From NCBI GenBank assembly GCA_051294905.1, contig CM119371.1, positions 20,276,001-20,340,000 of the forward strand: a stretch of DNA of 64,000 bases, read 5' to 3'. The notes under the pieces were generated by a model, which did not search any database, had not been told where the DNA came from, and saw nothing but the letters and a program-made list of their open reading frames with translations. Below, piece by piece: positions 1 through 12,877 of the stretch (the first letter of the stretch is position 1; each line of letters opens with the position of its first letter). A program made the translations under genes and the position numbers. The DNA is from Botryllus schlosseri. Taxonomy: Eukaryota.

Positions 1-716
1 TTCTAGTTAAGCATTTCAAGGAAAAATGTTATAGTCTTATACTCACCATTAATCTTGGTAGAATGACCAATTGATACAGGAGAATATGTATTTCCGTTGT
101 GCAAAAGTACAATTTGTAGGCTTGAAAAACTTTTTTTGACAAACAAATATTTCGCATCATGTCATGTTAATATTGATAGTACGACTGAGAATGACATGAG
201 GGTTCTTCATAGCCAATTAGTTATTTATGCGTGGTATAAAATTGGAAAAAACTACGATTTTCGTACTAACAAGTGAAATATTTAGGGGCAAATAGAGTAA
301 TTTTAAGCTTTCTTAGGAGTATAAATATCTTCTGACAAAGAGTCAATCTGACAAAACTAATGTGATAAGCGACTCTCAGATGTTTTGCTTGAAAATTAAA
401 TTTTCATTTTATTGACTAGTGTTGTCATAGGCCTAAATATTGCAGGAAAATGCCGAGTATTCTCGTAGTCTTATTGGTTTGAAAGCATTGGAACCACACG
501 GTATAAATACTCCGTAGAAAGGCATCAATAAAGATTTCAAGGTTGGGCCATTATGAGGTTACGCTTGACTTTTTTCGTTTCTCCCGTTCGTATGTCTATA
601 TTCGGAAATGTATGACGCAACACGACGTTAATCCGAACTTTTATTGACGAATGCTTCATGCAGTGACGCTATCTTCCGTGAAAATGTTTAGTAGCAGGAT
701 GTTCCAGTCTGCTTCG

Positions 717-1300
717 CAGGGTTGTAACCAAGTCACAAGGCTCCGAGTCACAAGTCAATGTCACTTTTATAGTTTTGACTCGAGTCAAGTCGAGTCATTT
801 CAATTCACCACCGAGTCAAGTCCGAGTTCAAGTCAGCGAGCAGAGGGTCGAATCCGAGTCATGGAATTATGACTCGAGTCCGAGTCCAAGTCATTGTGTT
901 GACTGCTCAGTTTCCAGTTAAAGTCTTTTGAAACCTACTTTTATAACTCTGTTTGGTGATATCGAATGTTTCGCATTTATAATATACTAATTTTCCTCAC
1001 TTTTAGCAGTTTCTGGTCGCATTTTCAAGTACCAGTTCAAACAGACGAAATCTCAATAGTGTGTTGGCTTCGAAATTACAATGAAATGTCGGTCTTGGCC
1101 GTCTGAGTCTCGAGTCAATGACTTGGTTCGAGTCATGCGCAAAGACTCGAGTCCAAGTCGAGTCAATACACAGATTGACTCGAGTCGAGTCGAGTCATTT
1201 CCATATTTTGAAAAAATGACTCGAGTCAAGTCGAGTCATCAGAAAATCGTGACTCGAGTCGGACTCGAGTCGAGTCATGACTCGAGTCATTACAACCCTG
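717..1300. mobile_element. Non-autonomous hAT MITE with GACTCGAGTC/CAAGT subterminal repeat arrays
   Basis: TIRs CAGGGTTGTAA / TTACAACCCTG; perfect 8-bp TSD CTGCTTCG (709-716, 1301-1308); dense GACTCGAGTC repeats at both ends. Confidence 0.9.
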
Positions 1301-1982
1301 CTGCTTCGCGTCAAAACACATCCAGAAATCGACTCCGGACGCAAAACCGCCCATAGGAAAGACATCCAGCACCATAACAAAACATTCGACAACCCTATTG
1401 ATCGGAAATAATATCAACAATTCACTCGCTTTGTGCTCATATCGAACCATTACTCTCGCGTTTTGCTACAATAAATAGGCCGTCAAATGTTTCCGTCTGC
1501 GCGTCGCTATGCTAAAAAAGAACTGTTTTCCTCTTTCGTTATCCGCTGTCATAATTAATACCAAACATACACAGATGTGTCGATATTCACATGTGACGGA
1601 ATGGAAACATTCGTTTCAATCATTTTAAAGTGCCAGCTCATGATTGCTAAGTGGCGCTCGCATGAAAAAGGTGAAGAGCAAATGACCGATATTTTATCCT
1701 ACGATGATGATAAGACCAGATGTCAAAAGTAATACTATGGTGTCAGGCCAAACACAAATGTTCCTATGCACGGTTTTTGTCATAGATCCTTTAATACAGG
1801 GTATGGTATGGCAGGGAATGTGAAATTTCCGTACATATCAGCTTGAATCGATCCATGCTATACTAATCATTTCACATACCATATTTGATACTTTTTCTAT
1901 GCTTTCGCAGTTGCCAACCTCTCAGATGATTTTTTACTTTAGACGTTGTTGTAATAATTTGGATGGAATTATTCATTTAAAC

Positions 1983-2675
1983 CAGGCGTGGCCAACCTTT
2001 TCAGCCAAAGGGGCACATTCGATTGCCGAACTATTGCGCGGGCCACTAGCCACGCGAAGCGCGAAGCGCGAAAATCTCCTGAATTCATAGGTCAATGATA
2101 TTGTCCCTTGACTCTATTGCGGGCCTGCTGTATATCACTGGGCTCAGTCTGCAAGGAGTGGACTATTCGGCGCCTGCACAATGGACACATCGACATCGAA
2201 AGCTTTGACCATGCAACATGCGTCAATAATTTTGTGCCTAGGTTTCATAGCGCAAAAGCAAGGTCGCATATGCTGAACGACACTTTGTCTCGTAATCGCT
2301 AGGCGTTCATTCATTTTCACAAGGGGGTAACCATATTAAAAGCAAGAAATCGAGTGATACCATGTTGCGCGAAGCGTGTAGAAAATTTTTACTTTTGATA
2401 TATCTATCGTAAATTATTCTGCTTTATTGTAGTGTACGAAGATCTACAAAAATGTGACTGGCTCATGGATCTTCCAATGCGTCGAACTGATATTTTAGTC
2501 ATCACATCTCAAGTGTTCCGGCCGGACTTATCAATTTTTTTGTTGGCCTTGCAAGCTCACAATTCGTGCAATCCATTTTTGATAATATTACCAATTTTAA
2601 AAATTACCTCGCGGGCCACCCAGAACCTTCTTGCAGGCCACATGTGGCCCGCGTGCCACGGGTTGGCCGGCCCTG
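1983..2675. mobile_element. hAT (Buster/Charlie-type) MITE
   Basis: Ends CAGGCGTGGCCAACC / GGTTGGCCGGCCCTG; TSD ATTTAAAC/ATTTAATC; colinear with the copy at 21365-24660. Confidence 0.8.
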
Positions 2676-3187
2676 ATTTAATCAGACCGGATGCACCAAT
2701 TCCATCCCAAATTTCTTTGTGATATATAAGTCAGCGAGGTAGGTTGCCTAATCATCGAAGACGCCACGTAATCTATATGCAAGGTTATTTGAGAATCACA
2801 GCAAATGCTCATGGCATGTCCCACTAGCGTTACAACGTACTGCTAGCAGTAATATGGAGATATCATCTACAAAATTCATTGTCCCATCAGAATATATACA
2901 TAGAAATACAATTTTACATTGCGACGATCAAGGGCTTTTTCGGCAGCGGGTCTAACGTCCGATTCCTCCGCCAACGTGTGGGTCATACTCATTAGCCTCA
3001 TCGGCCACCATCAGGGTGTCCAATTGACACTGTTCATCTTTTGTCGAAGATAATCAGATTTAATGAAGTTACAATTAACCTTGGAGGCAGGCATCGCCTG
3101 TCGTCACTGCGAGACAAGCTACATATTTTGTATTACAACCATCCGTTTGTCAAATACATGTATTGCGTGGTGATCATCCGAGCAAAG

Positions 3188-3753
3188 GACGCGTCAACGT
3201 TAATGTTCCGCCATTGCAAGTCGATCTGGAATGGACAATACCAAAGTACTGACCAGGGAGCAACGTATCGAAAATACCAGCCTAACATCGACAAGACAAT
3301 TCCAAGACAAGCATCGAGAAGAAGTGAATCCACGCTATTTCGGTTACGAACGGGACACTGCGGATTGAATGGACATCTCCACAGAATAGGGGTGTCTGCG
3401 ACACCTTTGTGTGCCCATTGTGGAGTCATCGAAGACGTGCGCCATTTTTTGATGGATTGTCCGACACTAGAACAACACAGACAAATACTAAGAAACAGTG
3501 CACATCGAAAGAGAATACCGTTCGACTTGGAAAACTTATTGACAGACACCAATATATTACAACACGTAATCGACTTTGTGGCATCATCGAGACGCCGCAT
3601 ATAATTATTGACATTTGACTTTCGACTGAGAGTATCATGTACTGAATTTGCAAGTTAGCTTGTGTTAGTGATGAAATTTGTTGTCATGTGGTGCAAAAGA
3701 CCACGTTGTTATAAGCACCATAACATGCTTTTATTAATAAATAATAATAATAA
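3188..3753 (+). mobile_element. 5'-truncated non-LTR retrotransposon (LINE): ORF2 C-terminal CCHC region, 3' UTR and (TAA)n tail
   Basis: Translation TLFRLRTGHCGLNGHLHRIG...CAHCGVIEDVRHFLMDCP matches the RLRTGH + CCHC C-terminus typical of I-group-like LINE ORF2; TAATAA tail; 12-bp TSD ATCCGAGCAAAG (3176-3187, 3754-3765). Confidence 0.9.
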
Positions 3754-4429
3754 ATCCGAGCAAAGCGCAGAAAATGACTTCTAAGTTTAGCAAACTGATA
3801 TTAGGATTCATTAACTGTCACACTTAGAGAGTCTACGATTTGAAAATCCGTTTTGGTAGTCTACAACATGGAACTCGCTATAAGCGCAATGTAAACAATA
3901 ACGCAATAGTGGTTAAATATCAGTCGCTTGTATTATATTAAGAATGGAATTGATATCAATAATATTATATTATTTCATATGAGATTTGCACAACTCGGTT
4001 TTCTTCAAATAGAAGTCAACTGGGGTGGGTAAGTATGAGTAGCACTTCAAGATGAGAACATGGATTTGGCAGTGAACGATTTCCCGGGGTTTGCAATCGA
4101 TTTGACAATTCGAATGTTGTATCATTGTCATGGTTCTGGCATAGTTGCTAAAGTATTAATTGTATGGAAAAATATTCCATACCATACTTAGGCTACGTCC
4201 CTCCACATTCCTAAACAAAATTCCGTTCAATACAATACCGTAAAATGCCAGGCCATGGATATAGGATTAGGATTTACAAAAACCGGATTTGTGAAATTTT
4301 GGCGGATTATGATTTGAGATTGTTTTTCAAAAGAATTGGGATTAGGATTAGAGTGACCGATTTTCGGGGAGATTGATGTCCTGTGGCGCATGGCGACAGT
4401 GTTTTTGTTCTATCAAAGTCACTTTATGG

Positions 4430-6185
4430 CAGTGTTTGAATCAAGTCACTACCTTCGAGTCACGAGTTATCTCGAGTCATTGCAAATTTTGACTTGAGTC
4501 AAGTCAAGTCAATAATTTTTCGAAGTTGACTCGAGTCGAGTCAAGTCGAGTCAAGTCAAGTCTCGAGTCAAGCCACAATTCAAGTCAAGTTGCCTTTTCG
4601 CAGTATGAGGCATGATTACGTTATTGCATTTTGCTAGTGTGTGAGATATACAGATTGAATGGTCATTGATTCTGAACCGATGAACGGATATAGAGTTCAA
4701 TATACACGCAAGGCGCTGTATCGCTCACATATACGTATAATTGTTAAATTACGTAAGTAACTGAATAGCCACAGTGTAGGGGAATTGTGGTACCGATGGA
4801 TCAAAAATTGCAAAATAATCTCTGGCCCTCAAATCTTCAGCCGAGAATGGCTGATCTTTTGCTGTCTCAACACTTCGATACAAGCTCTACCTATCGCGGA
4901 CATTTACATGAATATCTATTTGCCTTTTCAAAAAATATTTCTAAACGTTCAAAATTTGTTGCTCGAACGTGTTAATCGGTCCCCACCCGGTGGGTCCAAA
5001 GACACACGACGATGCGACCTATAAGACATACGCTCAAAAACTCAAATTTGTTAACTTGTTTTGTTGTGTACTATAAGCTAAGCTACAGCACGCCAATGAA
5101 GAATGTTTCGTCGCGACCTTCAACAATAAAATCGATTATATCAACTGAAATGTTGGTTTACGCCTAAACTTACAAAATTAATGCCACATACATATTACCC
5201 GCAAATCGACATTCTGACTTTCAAATAACTCGTAATAGCGATAAAACACCACAGGTACCTATGATTTACCGCCTATATATATATTTAGGCGAGTTTCTGT
5301 TGTTAAGTGATTAGTTGGCCTATCTATTTTGCTATGGTATCATAGGTGTTCCACCCCATAAATATTGTAATTGACTTGAAAATAGTCTACCCGAGGATGG
5401 TATTGATTTAAAAAAATATGTGCCATTATATACCCTGATACAAGCCCTACATACTTGACATCAAAAATTATGGCGGCTTTGTTAGTCTGAAAGGTGATAT
5501 AGAAAAATGCAAATGTCGATCCAAATTTACTTTACACCCCCTAAAACGTAAATCATTCGTCACAGACCCCATAACTGACGCAGGTCGAATTTTTTGGCAT
5601 GTGAGGAAAGATTCTGTCAGCATGTAACTGTAGACAAATTCACGGAGTGTAATCATGGAATTATCATGGATAATTTTTCAAGTATTTTCGGTCCCAGTGA
5701 TCTATCGGTACCACATCTCCCCTATAGTTAATAGCCAAAATAGAGAATCGCTAATAGAGAAACGAATCGACAAGATACAATACATTACCCATTTACAAAA
5801 TGATATGATACAGCTCGAGCCTGCGACAATGGTCGAGGACTATATAAACTATATTCGAATTGAATTTCAAGATAAGAACAGAAATAGACACCTTGCTATC
5901 AAATAACTTACTACTAGTTTGCGACAACGTAAGCTGTAAGCTTCGATCACTACGTTTGCGGAAAATTTATTTGTGAGGGAACAAGAGAGGCTCAGTAAAA
6001 CGCACGGTCATTGCATGCTTGACGTTTCACACCAGTGTTTCGTGAACAATTCGACCATATGCAAGATACAGTGATTTTTATCGACGCCGATTACTTGATG
6101 ACTCGAAATTGACTCATGAATTTTGGCTTGCGAGTCACGCAACAATCCACATTTCTGATACGCCGAGTAAAGTCAAGTCAAGTCA
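4430..6185 (+). mobile_element. Truncated copy of the CAGTGTTGGG hAT MITE family carrying about 1 kb of extra internal sequence
   Basis: Colinear with 55207-56138 over about 4430-4736 and 5735-6185; right TIR missing. Confidence 0.75.
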
Positions 6186-6249
6186 TACATATTAACGCTA
6201 TGTTGATGCAAAGTTCATTCTGTGCAGCAGTATGCCCAAACATACAAAA

Positions 6250-9200
6250 AGATAATATGAGTTTGAACGCTATACTCTGAATATTGTGCATATGCAGTTG
6301 TATTGCCTATAATTGAAATAGATTACATGTAGAGAGATACGATGGTGCCAGAAAGGCCATAATCACGTATTAATCACGTATTTTCACAAGGTGATACCTT
6401 TCACTTCGTCGATTTCTTGAAATTTTTGAAACATCAAATTATTTGGACAGCATATTAAACTCTCAGTAAGACCAATCAAGCGTAAGGTTACCATATGTCC
6501 TGTTTTGAAAGGATTTTCCTCCTTTTCGACTTTCCTGGGAGGACGCCCAACGGTCCGATTTTTTGAGAATTTGTCCTCTTTCTTGCACATTTTGGTTTAA
6601 TATATGTTAAAATTCAACTGAGATATAGGAAATCAGTTCTCAAGTAATGTTCCGGGGGGTATTTCGCGAGTTGAGCTAAAAAGTTGACCCTTCAACGTTT
6701 CAACCCTATAATCAACCCTATAAACTTGGACATCGATACAAATGTAATCGACTATATCTCAAATCTTGTTCTTCATAGATCAGTGGTTCTGAACCTGGGG
6801 GCGCGCTCCCCTTTGGGGGGGGGGGCGGGGGCGTGAAAGCATCTGAAGGCCGTCGCGAAGAAGCGGTCAACTGAAATTTGTTTTCACGCTTTGCGCGATT
6901 TACCTCCAATTCACGCGTGTTTCTCTATATATCAGGGCCAGGCAACATACGGCTCGCGGGCCGGATCCGGCCCGCAGAGAGTTTCCCGTTTTGTATGATA
7001 ATGTGGCTCGCGGCCCAAGTCTACCGAGATTTACCACTACTTGCTTAACGTCAGGTATTAGTGACTGTACGTCATTATATACGTGTGTGCGCTGCGTGCG
7101 AGAGTAGAGCTTACGCGTAACTTAATCGAAGCAAGACTTGCAATGTCGGCATTTACGATGTACTCACACCCAATGAATTTGTTTGTTTGTGGTATTGATG
7201 GTGTTTGTCGACTACAATGGTCATTTACACCAGGTCGATATTTTTCATTTATATTCCGTAACTGCCGACTTGTAGCACGGCCCACTTCTAGGCTTTTTAT
7301 AAGAAACCACTAGCACGGATGAGATGGCGACAGGAGGAACCTAGATAAACGTCCAACACTTCGGTAGGAGTTCCCAATGAAATATTTCTTGGTTAATTTG
7401 GGGTACCGGGCATAACGACCGCCTTGAAATCTTAATTAGGGATTGCACCGTGTGTTAATTGATCAGAGAGTAGCAGACATGGCGGTCCCTGTATGACAAT
7501 ACTGTTCTCAAATCCACATTGTCTTAGTCATTTATCAGCGACAAATGGCTTTGAAGTAACATTTCTGCCGTTAAAATACATTATTTAAATACGATTTATT
7601 ACTTGTATATGAGGATAAATGGGCGAATAATCTATCGATTCAGCAATCCGGCCCGTCAAGTACCTAATTTTCCTATATTTGCCGCTGCTACTAATAGACC
7701 TAATTTCAATTTTTTGAATTCTATCATCAACGGTCATAACCTTCCATGCCATCGAACACTCTGTTGGGATTGCTATCATCCCGGTTGGATTTTATGATAT
7801 GACGATAAGGGGGCGCGAAATTCTTCTGTATCATAAATGGGAGCGTGTCTAGAAAAGGGTTGAGAACCACTGTTCTAGATGCATACATACCGAATTAGTA
7901 AATCAATAAATGTGATTTTGAAGAGCTATTTCAAGTAAAATCGAGGACATGCGTTTATATTAGGCCTACCTTGTCTAAATCACGTGATATCATCAGGCCG
8001 TGAAACGAGAGGGCGAAATCAAATAGGCATTTCAGACCAGCAAGTGACATGCACGCGTCTGACACCAGAAGTCGATTCGTCGCGAATCGGGTTCGAAAAA
8101 TTAATTAGGTCCAACTTGAAGACTTTAATTCCCTTCATTTCCAGAAATGATCTGACAAGGCGATGAAATCCACGAAACACGTCAGCCTAGCGAGAATCTG
8201 CGTTTGTTTTGTTACGAGTCGTTGACTTGGTGCGGTAAAGTAAATATTGGCCTAGGTCCACAATATGTCTCGAATCCGTTGAGAGGCAATTATAATCGAC
8301 AGGAAGCGAGGATAGGTTACAAGTGTTGTGAAATTTAGCTCTAGACATTAAATCCAATTAACACGTCAACCTATAGCAGAGAGCTCGGTTAGTTTTGTTA
8401 CGGGCCGTCGACTTCGAGTAGTAAAATCAATATTTGCCTCGGTCCCCACACTGTCTCGAATCCTTCGAGAAGCAATTACAATCGAAAGGAACCTAGGATA
8501 GGTCACTAGTGTTGTGCACGTTTGCGCTAAATATAGCAAGAGTGAACGTGCATTGAAAAAACATTATCTAATCGAGGGACATAAAAAGGTCTCCAGCCAA
8601 GAACCCGTGCGAAAACGTCACAAGTAAAGGATTCGAGATTTGTTACGATTGATATCAATCAATGTTATATTGACCATTTGGACCTTCGCATGCCAGAAAA
8701 TCCTGTCGTTTCATAACAGACTTAGGGTCAACAGCTTTCCTTTAAATCCGTCAGTCCATAGCAAGAAGCAATGCAATCACCACAGCGACTTCTACGTAAC
8801 ATTAACGCCACTAGTGGCTGAAACAAATTGTTCCTACCTAATAACTTTCAAGTCGTCAATTGCGGACATCATCTCATTACTCATGATGTCATACAAAGAC
8901 CAGCAGACAGCGGGTAAAATGACGAGCGGGATGTTACGAGAATGAAGAATTTCAACCGATATTTCGTTAACTTTTCGTGTAAATTTAAACCCGATGGCAT
9001 GGGCACGCGCCTAATACGCGCCTAATAAATTACGTGTTAACGATCGCATATTTATTCACATCCTGGGCCGCGAATCGGACACCGTTGTTGTCTGTTTCAA
9101 TCCAGTGGAAGATTTGTGTATAAGCAAAATCTAGCACCAGCAAATGATGATGGCCTTACTCACATGTGGGAATCTTGAAACCGTATTACACATATTGTAC

Positions 9201-9430
9201 CCATGTCGTCACAGCGTATAGTCATGAATACCAGCAAGCTTCGAAGGACACGGCAGTCGAGTGATGTTAATAATTGGCGATATCTAAATATCTAACAACA
9301 TTTCAGACGTGAGCTAGTACACGTTATAAAATTACAGTCTCGGTACAACCACAATCAGCAGCCACCCTATCTGAGAACTAGAAATACTAACATACAAATC
9401 TCAAAATCCCTCTTTAATACCGTCTTAGTC
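6250..9430 (+). repeat. Copy 1 of a diverged 2-3 kb dispersed repeat (copy 2 = about 38550-38875 plus 46526-48620)
   Basis: Colinear blocks, e.g. gaatattgtgcatat, gattttgaagagcta, cagcgacttctacgtaacat, cgcgaatcggacacc, shared with copy 2; the two copies carry different MITE insertions. Confidence 0.8.
6781..7872. mobile_element. hAT (Buster/Charlie-type) MITE with nested fragments including a SINE piece
   Basis: CAGTGGTTCT / AGAACCACTG ends; degenerate TSD TCATAGAT/TTCTAGAT; site is empty in repeat copy 2 near 38840. Confidence 0.8.
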
Positions 9431-9511
9431 CAGGAGACCCAAATTCAATTGTGCTCACAGGTCAATTTTTAAGTTTTTGATGACACTGCGGGCCGTAGAA
9501 TAAATGATAAG

Positions 9512-9987
9512 TAGGGCAAGTTTTTGCAACTTTTACAACATCATTTTACAGATTCCGGCAGCTTCCTAAATACTCGTAAGATATGTAGAATGCTGTTTCA
9601 AGCTGTTTGAAGGAATCTTATAGTGCAACTTATTGCAACTCTTTTCCATTTTTTTCATGACACTTTCAACTTTTGTCCATTTTGTTCATGCAACTTTTTG
9701 CAACATTTTGCAACTTTCTCGATTTTTCATGAAAGTAATTTCGATTCTGGTGAAATACACGGCCAAATTCGACTGAAACACGGCAAATCAGCACCGAAGT
9801 AAGGCTTTTACGGGTATTTCGGGAGCTGAGCCGGAAAATTGACCTTTTCTTTTTTTTAGTCAATCTGGGAAGTTGACTTTTTTTTTTAGTCAACCGAGCA
9901 AAATGTGGTCGAAATGCAACTTCTGCAACTTTTTTCAAAAAGAAATGCAACTTTCCACGGATTTAACTGCAAGAAAAACTTGTCCTA
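9512..9987. mobile_element. hAT MITE (TAGGGCAAGTTTTT family)
   Basis: TIR TAGGGCAAGTTTTT / AAAAACTTGTCCTA; TSD ATGATAAG; TTGCAAC subterminal repeats; inverted copy at 32834-33296. Confidence 0.9.
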
Positions 9988-10402
9988 ATGATAAGGCTAT
10001 TAAACGTTATTTTTTCGAGTCGACCTTATATTAAGGTTACCGTTCGTCCTCTTTTAAGAGGATTTGTCTTTTTTTAAAAACTTTTTTGAAAGCGCCCTTT
10101 CGTACTCTTTTTTGGTCAAATTCGCGACCAAAGTGGACTGAAATGTCGTAATTCAGCACCGAAGTACGCTCCGGTGAGCATTTCTGGAGCTGAGGCAGAA
10201 CGTTGACCTTTTTTCTCAGTCAACCACCCGACAATGTGGAGGTAAAAACTGTATTTCGGGCGCTGAGCGAGAAAGTTAACATTTTTTTAGTCAATTGACC
10301 AAGAGTGGGAAAAATTTTCCTATTTCAGAATTTTCTACAGGTTTTGCAAGTCTGAAAATTCTGAAAAAGTGTCCTCACTTCAGATTTCCAAAATATACTG
10401 AC

Positions 10403-12383
10403 TAGGGATGGTGTGAACGTGAGGTTCGCGTTCGCGTTCTGTGTGTGAACCTCGGAAATTTAGATGTTCACGTTCACAAACGAACCTTGGTAAGTTCTGC
10501 ACTGTGAACCTTTTTCATATATCACAATTCATTATAACATTTTGGTTGAAATTTGTTGCGTTTCAACTACGGGCCACTCTATGCTGCATGAAAAATCAAC
10601 ACTGAACGAGCATGCACGTTGACAATCTCAAAAAAGTTACTTGCTTTGTTACAAAAGTTTGCTCGAAATATCCAGCTTTCCGTTTGTGATTATTTAGCGA
10701 CTCTCTGCTGTGAGCTTGTCCCGCAATCATACAACATCAATAGCGAAATAACCTACATGTAGGCCAGTGGTTCTTAACCTTTTTTCCTCCAGCGCCCCCT
10801 TTCAAAAATTATCGTGCTCCAGCGCCCCCCCCCCCCCCCCAACTTCATAATGTAAGGAATGTAATAAAGACAATGAGTAAGAGGGAGGGCCGTAACAGCA
10901 CTTCGTCAACCCCCTAAAAACGATTGCCTTGCGCACCCATAGCGTGATGAACCGAACTTCTGAGGGCTTCGCCCCCACGAACCCCCTATCGTGATTTCGA
11001 TGGTCAGCAAAGTTTGTGTAGCCTGGTCGCCCTAGGTACCAAAATTTTCTATAATGCATGAATGAATAGGTGGTAATTACATATATAAGTCGCGATAAAC
11101 TGAGTGAGCTGTTGTATAGGAAGATAAAGGGCACGTAATTAATAATTAAACATATTCGGGCGTCCCCGCAGGTACAATTATTCGTTACCAGAGCCGTAAC
11201 AGCACTTCGTCAGCCCCCCCCCCCCCCAAACAAAAAACGTTGGTCCTGAGCCTCCATCGGGTGATAAACCAAGCTTCCGGGGGACTTCACTCCCGGACCC
11301 CCATTAGGCTGTCCTCTATTTGCTGAAAGCCTGTTAGGCATCTACATTGGGTGTCCATTTACTGATGCAGCTATTCTCGCCTAGTCAGATTGGTATTTCT
11401 TCACTGACATATAATTTTTCCCTGCCAGATGGAATTCGTCTTCTGGGGTTCAGATTGCCAAGACAGGAACATTCGGTGTCAGGCATTTAGGCGCCCATGG
11501 ACAATTAAACCTATATGTATTTTGAAGGCTATATGTAACGAAGTTTTCGGTGTTAATTTGCTCTGAATACTCATTAAGGATACGTCCTATCACCACATCA
11601 TCTACTGCGAAGCCATTTTTCTCCAGCGCCCCCCATACCGCCCCCCTGAGCCCAGCGCCCCCCATATCGCCCCCTGAGCGTTTCCGCCCCCCTTCAAAAT
11701 CGCCAGCGCCCCCTGGGGGGCGCTGGGGGCAAGGTTAAGAACCACTGATGTAGGCAGTCAGCTAATGATGCTTATTCATCCAACCAATGAAATTGATATC
11801 GTTGTCTGATTTAAAAAATCTATCTGGAGTACGGGGTCAATCTTGATTTCATATGTTCATTGTATCATAAAAACCAAATCCGTGGGATTGGGGTGTTGGC
11901 TACTGCTGTATAACGTGTTGTGTTAAAGGGATAATAACGGTAGCAAGTACGGAAACCCGTTTTATACTCTGCTTAATATCAACGTAGCAATACTCAGACG
12001 CCGAATACATTATCCGGTCTGGCATAGACCGTTAAGGCGCAAGCCTATATATTTCCTTGCAAGTCCTCGCCGAAATTGTGAGGTAAGCGACGGACGATAT
12101 TGATTTTATTGTATTATTATATCATTTCATTGTCCCAGTAGATACATTTGGCGACGTTTAAAACGTCAATATGTACTTCAGCACTGTGGCATTATGTGGT
12201 CCGAGTCGTCGCCAGGTATCGTGTACATTAATATAGGCTATCACTTCACTTAAATGTAGGGTTGGAATTAGCAATGTGACGTCACGTGACGTCATGAGGT
12301 TCACGTTCGCGTTCACACAGAACCTTTCAAAAAGGTTCGCGTTCACACGAACCTGAACCTTTCAGAGGTTCACACCATCCCTA
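10403..12383. mobile_element. hAT MITE (TAGGGATGGTGTGAAC family) containing a nested MITE
   Basis: TIRs TAGGGATGGTGTGAAC / GTTCACACCATCCCTA; TSD ATACTGAC; inserted in the end of a TAGGGTTACC-family MITE that starts near 10032. Confidence 0.92.
10765..11747. mobile_element. hAT (Buster/Charlie-type) MITE
   Basis: TIRs CAGTGGTTCTTAACC / GGTTAAGAACCACTG; TSD ATGTAGGC; GCGCCCC subterminal repeats. Confidence 0.92.
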
Positions 12384-12877
12384 ATACTGACCCTACCTCA
12401 TACGATGAAACCTTGCAGACTGACATTCCACACACATTGCGACAATGTGATTAGCTATTGTAGCAAATATTTGTTTTTTGTGGTAGAGAGTACGCATAAT
12501 TTGTGAAAATTCTGACATAGACGACATGCGAGGAGACAAATACATCGTGGTATCATAAAACTGTCGCGGTATAATTTGCAGCTATAGCGGACATTTGTCG
12601 AGCAACCAGTAAAGGTAAAATGTATTGAAATTTAGCGAAGGTTGATCTGATATCACAGCATTTGAGAAGTGTTTCCATGTCTCGTGCATTTCCCTGATAA
12701 GTAGATTATTGATCATGCCGTTGTCCAGGTCAACTGGAACAGGGTTCGATTAATCTTCGAAAAATCTAACAGTCAAATCACAACACGAATGTATTATTTA
12801 TTATGAAATAGTGATACAAATGTCTAATCACCGCTACAGACCATTGGTGTTACCGTGGTGGGGCGTACCGTAGGGAT

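Noticed and set aside
717..1300. GACTCGAGTC(AAGT) arrays (also at 4450, 41480, 51340, 52400, 55220, 56000) as a CRISPR array or satellite
   Set aside because: Irregular spacing, no unique spacers and no cas genes; they are subterminal repeats inside TIR/TSD-bounded MITEs.
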